A DNA stretch of 64,000 nt from NCBI GenBank assembly GCA_040954595.2, contig CM082592.2, positions 4,356,735 to 4,420,734 on the forward strand, written 5' to 3'. Below the pieces are notes generated by a model. It saw only the letters and a list, made by a program, of their open reading frames with translations. It had not been told where the DNA came from and searched no databases. This DNA comes from Balanoglossus misakiensis. Its lineage: Eukaryota; Animalia; Hemichordata. Of this stretch, positions 45,312 through 55,500 are shown in pieces. Every line of letters begins with the position of its first letter. Position 1 is the first letter of the stretch. Position numbers and translations under genes: made by a program.

Positions 45312-46304
45312 GATAGGGTTTGATAGTTACTAATTACTATGTCAATTATTTAATTGAATACCCTGAACTTCTTTTTACTGTCAAAACTCCACATTATCTC
45401 AATGAGTGGGAGATAAGTGCAACAATGAAGATCCACACACAATCACATACGTCAATCGAGAACATTTTGTTTTGTTTCAAACACGTATTTATTTTGTCTA
45501 ATAAATTGACAGTAACAGAGTAAACGACCATGAAAATGATCAAATAACAATAATTCATAATAATAATTGAAACTTCACATTAAGTTCGGACTGGAACTAT
45601 GTACAGCAATACCATAACACAGCTCACTGATTTGAAAGGGCTTGCGTAATCCGTACCCCGGGTAGGACATATTGGCTTTGACACCATGCCAGTGGTGTGA
45701 CGAAAACCAGTCCAGAAATTCATCTAGGCGCTGCCATAAACGACAATTACGACAGTTAAAACATTAAAACAATTTACAATTAAATCAAATATAGACACTA
45801 TGAAGAATTTTAAGGAGTGGGTCATTTTGATGACTTGGGAGGAACTGGAAGATTTTCGAACAAAAATGTTGCCAGACACAGAAAAAAAAGTCCGCTTCAG
45901 AGAGGTCAAATTTTGCTGTAATCCATTTCATCAGTGATCTGAGCTGCTCGGTATACGGAGATATCTGAGAGCAATTATGCTAGATCTTGCATCAACTACG
46001 CAAAACAAATTTCTTCGAAGAAACGCTTGGGAAACAACTGTCGTCACACTGGCAAAAAATTATTACCCTTTCCTCCAGCTCCTCCCCCAAATATCAAAAG
46101 GGTTGCCCATAATGAAACAAAACAAAACTTTGACGTAATTTTGAAAACAGCAATCTATATATATCTATGCTCTTCTGTGTGCGTAACACATCTACTAGTA
46201 ATATACAAAATGCTGGACACCACTGAGTCAGAAGTAAATCTCGATATATCACGTACTTCCAGAAAAGGAATCCTCGAAAATTGCGGAATTAAATAACAAT
46301 ATTT

Positions 46305-46978
46305 AGGGGTTATTACACGGATTTTGGTCGATAACGCGTCGTATTTGAGTGATGTCCGTATTTTGACGAGTTGCGCTTCGCAACGAGTCGAAATACGGAC
46401 ATCACGAGAATGCGTCGCGTTATCGACCAAAATCCGTGTAATAACCCCTTTATCATACATGCCTACCTATAAAACAGTATGATTTGCGAAAATGCGCCGA
46501 GAAAAACAATTTCAAATTTGAACCAGGCGCTGGGATCACGGCAGTAGCCATGTTGTGACGTATGACGTGTGGGCCGTAGTATAATTTTAAGGGGGTTGGC
46601 AGCTTTCATTACGATGGGCACATCCGCATTCTAAATAAACTTGTCTACGTTCTCTTTCAAAATATCATGTTAACAATTATTTCGCATTGAGAATTTCGAA
46701 GAAGTAAAAATGATTCATTCAACATGGCAAAACCGCCAGCTTTGAAAACGTTATTTCAGCTTCTAATAACCGAATTTTACAACACCCCTCTCCACTAGCG
46801 TCCTATGCCCCGTACGTCGCTCGCACGCGCAGCGAACTGTCGTGCGGCGCGGTCTCAAAAATTGGTTGAGACGCGGAGTGTAATACCGTAAAATATCGCG
46901 CTCAGTGTAATACCGTAAAATATCTTCGGGGCGAGAACAATAGAAAGTGCCAAATACAGGCGTTGCATGTATGATAAA
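46305..46978. mobile_element. Unclassified hairpin-bearing element
   Basis: ~145 bp imperfect palindrome at 46305-46449, then TTTATCATACATGC (46449-46462) inverted as GCATGTATGATAAA (46965-46978). Confidence 0.6.
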
Positions 46979-47454
46979 AGCATATTTTTCAAAATATTTC
47001 CAACAAATGAAATTATATCGTCTCAGGAGGATGCAAGCAGCCTATACTATGTTCTTTTGTCGAAATCTACAAGTGATTTTTTACAAGCTTGACTGAATTA
47101 ACTCAACATGTAGTTTATTGAAGAATATCTCATAAATATAGTATACAGTATATATACATGTACACACACACGCACACACACACACATTCATATATAGTAG
47201 TACATGTAATTAAATGTTGTAATCGGAAAAAAAACACAACTCCGTACAATTCATTTTATAGCTCTAGTTCCTCTATTGAGTATTCTATCAGTCCTGTGAA
47301 GACATCATCAATCTACTGCTATGGTTAATTTTCCTTGATGTATCACAATTGAAACTAATATATTATTGTACACGTTTCACAGGTGTTTGACTAGAAAAAA
47401 AAATCCGAATCTGAATCTGACTCAAAAAAAGACCTTGAAAGGGTCCTGGCTTGA

Positions 47455-50400
47455 TTATGCAAATTTATGCAAAGTCGACGCGGTAGACGGCTCATCAGCT
47501 GTCCCCTCCTTGTAACCGTCACCGACATCGCTGTTGTCGACGCTATTTTCCCTGTGGGACAGAAATCCGAAAAAGAGAGTGGTTTTCATATTTGCATGCA
47601 ACTTGGTGGTTGACATGTCTGTGTATCGCGACGAGGCAGAGTGCGGATGGTCTGCTGATGACACGCAAATGCATTGTGATGTTTTTGAATGCATTGTGAT
47701 TTTTTTTCAGGCACAGCAGTCGATGTCGAGCTAGCGGAAGAGAAAGACCGCAACTTGAAACATCTACTTACTGCCCACCACCGCCTTCCGCAGCGAAGTC
47801 ACCGCCGATATTCGGCCCCCTTTTGAACTCACTACAAGGAAGAAAGAACAGGAGAAAGTTAAAAGGGACCAAATCGGGGGACCACTTGCACTTGAAATAC
47901 AGGTGAGATATAGGTGTACCATTCAACGGCCATTGTGTCAGCCGTTGAAGGCAACAATATAAACTGTCCTTACTTGGATATCTTCGGAAGTGGCTTTTTG
48001 AATCCATCCTTTCCATGTAGAAAATAAGTTGCTACCATGCCCTTTCCCTGAAAAATACAGATGAAAATGATTAGAGGGAAAGTCATTTTACATATAGCAT
48101 TGTCATTTGAATCGCCGTATTCAAATTAGCTCATTACTATGCAGAAATGTATCAGTGACTATGGACGTCCATTTCCAGGACGTAGATTTAGACAAAATAG
48201 ATTCAAAGATCCTTCAGATAGGATCTTAAAGTCAAAGTCAAAAGTCACAGGAGAGAGCTGAAATCCCACCTTCACATCGATATCACCACGAGGCATCATG
48301 TGGTAACCGGCATTGCTGTCACAAAGAGCTGTGTACGACTGTTTGCTGATATGAATATGGCACGCTTCAAACCAAAGAAAGGTATAATTATTGGGGAGTT
48401 ATAATTAATTAAATAATTACTTATTTATTTATTAATTACCTGCGTATTATTTATTTATTCATTCATCCAATTATATATTTCTTAAGTTGTCTGTTTGTTT
48501 GTCTATTGGTTTGTCTGTCTGTCTGCTTATTATTCATCTATTGATTGATTGATTAATATATTTGTTTGTTTGTTTTCTCGTTTATTTATTTATTTTATTT
48601 ATTTATTTATTTATTTATTTACCCTTGCCAGTGGATTCCATTCGGGACGCAATATTGACGGTGTCTCCAAACAAGCAATAGCGAGGCATGACCAGCCCGA
48701 CCACGCCGGCCACAACAGGTCCCGTATGTACGCCAATGCGCAGCTGCAGTTTCTGTTTGGGTCGGTGACGTATCTTGAACTTAGTGACGGAGCTGAGCAA
48801 GTCCAGTGCGCAGTCGGCGATCTCTGTCACGTGGCGATGTCCGTTGCGGTGAGGCAGCCCGGACACTATCATATAGGCGTCACTGATCGTCTCGACCTTT
48901 GAAGGAAAAAAGAATTGGAGAGAGACTTGGTGTTGAAAGTTACGAACAATACATCACTGACGTTAAGTAAAACCTCTTGAAATTGACAATTGTAGAAGTG
49001 GGTTTTCTGGCAATGAGTGACCAATTCCGCACGTTTGTACTGAGCGTATATCCTTTTAGGATGTATGTTCAGTAAAATTGAAAGAATTGTCATTTCTTTT
49101 AATTGAAAGAAATTACCTTGTAGATATCATAGTTGGAAATGATGTCATCAAAGCAGCGATATAAGTCATTCAGAAAATCTACAATCTGCAAAACGAAAAC
49201 AAATCGAAATGATAATTATAAAGAATATAAACTGTGTGGAGCTTTAATTTTAATTATACAGTCCTATACCTGGAACTATGCTCGAGTGTCGAGATATTGG
49301 AACGGTGTGAACTTTCTGAGGTGAGACATGTTCGCGACGGATTCAGAACACTGTGTTTGCGATTGTCATCTTGCATTGGGGTGTGCTGTGTGCACATGAA
49401 CACTGTGAGGCGCGAATCATTCTACTCCTATTACCTGGAATGGCGTACTCTCTGACGACAATGTCGAAAACCCGACAATGTCCGAGAAGTAGATGGTCGC
49501 GTTGTCGAAGTTTTCGGGGTCCACCTTTTGGTTCATCTTCAGCTGTTCTGCAACCGTCCTAATAAAGACACACAGATGTATCTAGATGCGATTATTTTTT
49601 CACCACTACAAAGGCACATAGGCGAGTCGCCACAAATACACAACCCATCGCGCTTCAAATAATTAGTATTCATCCATCTGGAAATTGTCATAGGCGTCTT
49701 TAAAAATATTTAACCCTGTCGTGAAATTGAAATGAAAAGCGAGAAAACAGCAGCGGCGGGATGCAAATATCTAGGGACATTTCAAATGTAAAATCATGTA
49801 AGTGTAAATTGAAATCTTTGTCCAACCGCGCATCAAATGCATGCTAGCTCTTTGTCAACAAAGCTGTACACTTCCTTATCAGTTTCCCTTACGATGGCAG
49901 CATCCTGTACAACAGACGATCAGTCTTCCGTTTTTCCTCCAAGACTTGCTCAGTTCTTTCTTCAACTATCTCCTCCAAACTGGTGGAATATTTCTCCATC
50001 ATGGTCAAAATATTATCCACGATGTTAATTCTGTGGGTTAAAGGCACACTATCACCGCCAGTTTACATATCCCAATAGAATTGCTTAGGGCGTGTCAGTA
50101 ATCCTCGTGGATGGTACACTTTCTTTCACGTGGCCACCCAAGCGAAAAACTGTGATTGGATGGGTTTCTAGAGCACGATTCTGGCACCTACAGCATCGTG
50201 CCGTTAAATGGCTCAAGAATGGAATGGGTCTTTATCAGTAATTAAAACAACGACGAGAATATTGATGTTATAAAACAATCCTAGAAAGGCCCAAATGCAT
50301 AGAATTGTCTATAGTGTATTAAACTGAAATGGAGCTGGTCCATAATTATGCAACCCTCCTGCTGAAGTATAATACTCACTCTTTGCCGAGAATCGCCTTC

Positions 50401-52441
50401 AAGTCTGTCCGTATCTTGGTAAATGTCGGCCTGGCGTCGCTGTTCTCGCTCCAGCATCTGTACATCAGGTCGAGCACGCCGTGGTCAAAGTCGATCCCTT
50501 CCACGCCGATCTGTGACGTGGGTCGAAAAGGTGTACTCTCGCCATTTCGGATACGATTGACCACATCTGTAACAAAAAATAGAACACGCCGGGTGACCCA
50601 TCGACCGAATAGCGATAAACTTGCCATGTATTAGTCTGCTGAATGAAATATGGATACAAAAAAAAATTTAGTAATTAAAGCTCCATAGCTGTAACTTTGC
50701 GCCATGTTTTCCATATTTTGTTTGGTGTATCTACTGCGGTTTCTTGTTCAAATCCCTGAAATATGATGAAATGCCCAGGCTATATGTTGGCACTCGGAGT
50801 ACTGGGTGTATTATCATGCTGTTTGGAGTAGAACAGAACAGAACAGGACATTGCATTTGCTGCACAGAACAATAATACTGAAAATAAAGCCAAAAGTTAC
50901 ATCTAAGGTCCCTTTAAAAAGTCTGTGCACTTTCCCCTTTAAATGGCACAGTACTGGAACTAAATGATAACGTAGGGCCAGAAAGACAACATTCATCTAC
51001 AGATACAATCCTGACAGTTTCATCGGTGCTCACCTCGTGGAGTTATATTGTCGTACACGAAGGGCGGGGCTCGTTGGACAATCTCATACATGATTATAGC
51101 AAAACTGTAGACGTCGCCTTTCTGTGTGCCGCCCGGAGGAGGAAAGTTCATGCGAAGGATTTCTGGAGCTGTCCAAACCTTACCTGAAAAAAGAGAAGTG
51201 AATGTGAGAAAGAATAGCAAAGAGTGATTTCTACCGTAAGCACACACTTGCGTAAAATATAAGCAACCAGGCTTCAATTTGCCATTTCGTATTTTATACG
51301 GCTAACGCAATAAGAACTATTCTGGGGTTACAAGACACTTTATAGTGTTTGTAAAATAGATTCAATTCTGCAATGCTTCCCTTTAAATATTCTTCCTGGA
51401 TTTCACTGGGAACGGTGAGGGGTGTCTATACAGTAGACTTACACATGAACCTCTCCTGGTCGTCGATGTCACTCGAGGATTGGCCTTGCACAAAACTGGG
51501 CAATCCGTAGTCTGTCACTTTGACAATCCATCGGCTGTCCACCAGACAATTGGACGACTTCAGGCTGCCGTGGGCGCCAAAGCCGTGCCTGCTCTTATGC
51601 AAATATTCCATTCCCTGCGAAAAAGGATAAAGGGAGAGACTCAGGACCGGTACCGTTAGATGTTTGCCTATTGGAGATGCCCATGCATGTGCTAGGTAGT
51701 CCAAAATTGCACTGTTCTGTTTCTCAGTCTCCCAGCAAGAAACTAATATTTCATAGATCCTGGACTGGCAGAGGTTAATGACATCCGGGTCAAACATTCA
51801 GTTAATTTATATCATTGTCATCGCCCAAACCCCTAACCCACCGTTTTATCAAACCACTCACCCAACTTCCCTCCCTCCCCCCCCCCGGAGGCCATCTTGA
51901 AAATGTGTCGACCATATGACATTTTCACCACTCACCTAGGTAGCAAAACCATATTTAAGGTAGCGAGAATTGAGATCAGGTTTCAAGAAACTCAATAATG
52001 GAATTGCTATTGTTGAGAAGGCGATTAATTTTACCTTTACTGTATCAGTCATGAAGGATATTTTGAAAGTTGAATCTAGTTTGATATCATCATTCTGGAG
52101 GACGTCCTGTAAAAGACAATATGGGTTATATTCACAAACATTTGGACATATGAATAGCGTAAGATAAAAATAACGAACAACTCTTTCTCTGTGTAACAAC
52201 CAAACAAACAACAGACAGCAGTTTGGACATTGGGCTAGACCTAAGTGTCAATTACAGAACCGAATCATCCTACCTGTAAACTTCCTTTGGCACAATATTG
52301 CCAAGCTAAATAAATGCTGCCCGTCTCAACGCATGCACCAATGAAAGGATTCAAATTGTCGTGGCTCAACTGCCGAATCTAAAATAAATTTAGAAAGGTT
52401 GAATGTTAACTTTTAATTTTATTCATGATGGTGATGATGAC

Positions 52442-52509
<68 letters not shown>

Positions 52510-55500
52510 GACTGCACATACTCATACATACACAAACACACATACATACATACATACATACATACATACATACATACATACATACATACATACATACATA
52601 CATACATACATACATACATACATACATACATACATACATACATACATACATACATACATACATACATACATACATACATACATACATACATACATACATA
52701 CATACATACATACATACATACATACATACATACATACATACTAAAATAGATGCGTGCAGGTCACGTACACCAAGTGTTTTGCAGCGTGGGGAAATGTAAA
52801 AGAAAAAAGATAGAGGATCACACGACTGCTCTTAGGTTGTTCATCAATATGATGAGTTTACAAAGTTTCGACGTTTCACCCCATGATTAGGGCTTATTCG
52901 TGCATATTTAATTATAACTAACCTCATTAAACTCAAGCAACACGGCCCTGTTAACCTGAATGTGTTCCTTGTTGATTTTCTTCAGGGCGATAGAAACACC
53001 TCGATACGTGGCTGTTCTGGCGAAGTACTGCACAGTGCGATTGGATGGGGCTGAACTCTTGCCGTCAAAACTGCGCTGTGAGGTACTGGATGAGTGTTTA
53101 GACATGGCAGATGGCGAATGTGAACCCGAGGTACCCGGCTGTGAGAGAGAGAGAGGGGGGGAAGAGACAATGAGACAGAGATAGAGAGAGAGGGACAGGA
53201 AGAGTATTGCACAAAATATGATGTAACCTACTCCGAATGTTGACGTCACAGAGTAGACGTGACAAATAAGTCTACAGTTTCAAGCAGTCTCTATGAGGAC
53301 ATCGATGGGTGATATATATATGGCCAGAACATTCTCATTTGAGAGTACGGTTAGCGTAACAAAGAGTGGTAGAGGTATTTATTTGCAGGAAACATCCGTA
53401 ACAAGGGCGTGTATAAGAGGTGTGGTTTATCCAAATTGGTGCAAATAATATTCATGCCAATATATGATGAGACATTCAGTGTTGCACCATCAGGTATTGA
53501 CGAAAATTGATACAGATTGAAGGGATATAAAACGTGTGTAAATATTCGTTCTGTATACGTGATTTAAAGTAGATCGCAAGGCGAATGGTGTGAGGTTAGA
53601 TCAAACTGGCATTGTTATGTTTTATCGCATCAACAAAAATACTGAATGTAAATTTCACGCATGTGTCGAGGAAATTTGTCAATATCTTACATGGCTACCC
53701 TTTTCAAGAGAACCGAATTTTCCAAAACTGCCGGAACCTCCAGAGATGAACCGGACCTCTTCCATGTGCACCTTCCATCTCATGTTCAACAGCTCGCCTT
53801 CAAATTTGCTGCGCCTGAAACATAGATGTAAAAAACTAGTTAGAATATTGTCATTTTCCTTATGTTTATATATATTGTTTATCACTTAATGTTAAAGTGA
53901 ACCGACACCTTCCTTGTAGAGAGATTCTAATAAAATCTTTGTGAAAAACATGAGTGATTTGCGTCGTTTTTATTCACTTTCACTTATCGCGCAGCAGCGT
54001 AGCGTCGATCTCGATATGCAGCGTGACGTCACAAACTAGTCACCAGTAGCAGACGCCACCGTGCGCACGCTAACGTACACAGACAGTTGACATGGGTGGC
54101 TGCCTCGCAAGTGGGAGCAAAAACAGAGTTGGCAAAAACACGGCGAAAGGTTTTATAAAAGTTCCCGACCCTTCAGGGACAGTCAAAATGCAAATCGAGC
54201 TGGAAATTGGGTGTCAAACATTGGCATATTATTTCGGTGCTTATTGCTGAGACAGATGATACTTTTGCTTCGGAAATGTTCGTGTTCAACTAGGCCCTAT
54301 ATCGTGAAGCATATTGCAAAAAAAAACTACACAGCAAAAATTGTCGAAACAGCCGGGGCTCCTGATTACCTTTGATCACCATATGACGAAACCGATTTTT
54401 TGGCACTGTAAATCAAAACTCTGATCGGAAGAAAGTAGTGTGGCGGAAATAGGCCTACTAGTGAACACTGTGTTTGTCGCGTACCCAAGCTGTGAATGCA
54501 TCGCAAAACCATTTCCAAAGACAAAAACGACCACCTCTACCATCTGGAAGCACCACAGATGTACTCGAAACATGACAATCGGAGTTTCTGCCTCCCTTTG
54601 ATCAACAAAGCCGCATCTTTTCACAGCTGTTGATCAACGTAAAGGATGGTAGACACGTGTGGTAGACATTTTCGCGAGAGTGTCAATAGGTTTACTTTCT
54701 ATTCTTTTGGGAAATCACGAGGGTGCCTATTATGACATGGGTGACTAAATGTCAAAAATTATCGCATGGCTTCGTGATATGTCGTTCAAGTCTTTATCTA
54801 ACGGCCTTGTCAAGAAATCTATTTCATGGCAGCACCGGCATTCCTTGACAGTAGAAATAACTTCGCATTTACCGCAGCGCAGCTACACCATGAGCGTGAT
54901 GAAAGACGAAGCCGATCACTCTTCTCGATCGTCTTTGCTGTCTACACTTGCCTCTGTACTATTGGAATCAGTTTCACTTGAGTCGCCTACCATCTCATCG
55001 CTGCTGTATTCGGGTTCGTACAAAAATCCGACGATATCTTCGTTTGAAAACTCCATATCGCGTGGTCGTTTTTGTCTTTGGAAATGGTTTTGCGATGCAT
55101 TCACAGCTTGGGTACGCGACAAAAACAGTGTTCACAAGTAGGACTATTTCCGCCACACTACTTTCTTCCGATCAGAGTTTTGATTTACAGTGCCAAAAAT
55201 TCGGTTTCGTCATATGGTGATCAAAGGAAATCAGGAGCCCCGGCTGTTTCGACAATTTTTGCTGTGTAGTTTTTTTTTGCAATATGCTTCACGATATAGG
55301 GCCTAGTTGAACACGAACATTTCCGAAGCAAAAGTATCATCTGTCTCAGCAATAAGCACCGAAATAATATGCCAATGTTTGACACCCATTTTTCAGCTCG
55401 ATTTGCATTTTGACTGTCCACCGAAGGGTCGGGAACTTTTATAAAACCTTTCGCCGTGTTTTTGCCAACTCTGTTTTTGCTCCCACTTGCGAGGCAGCCA

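Noticed and set aside
52403-52799. Poly-D/M/H/I and YIHT ORFs
   Set aside because: Translations of (GAT)n and (ATAC)n microsatellites.
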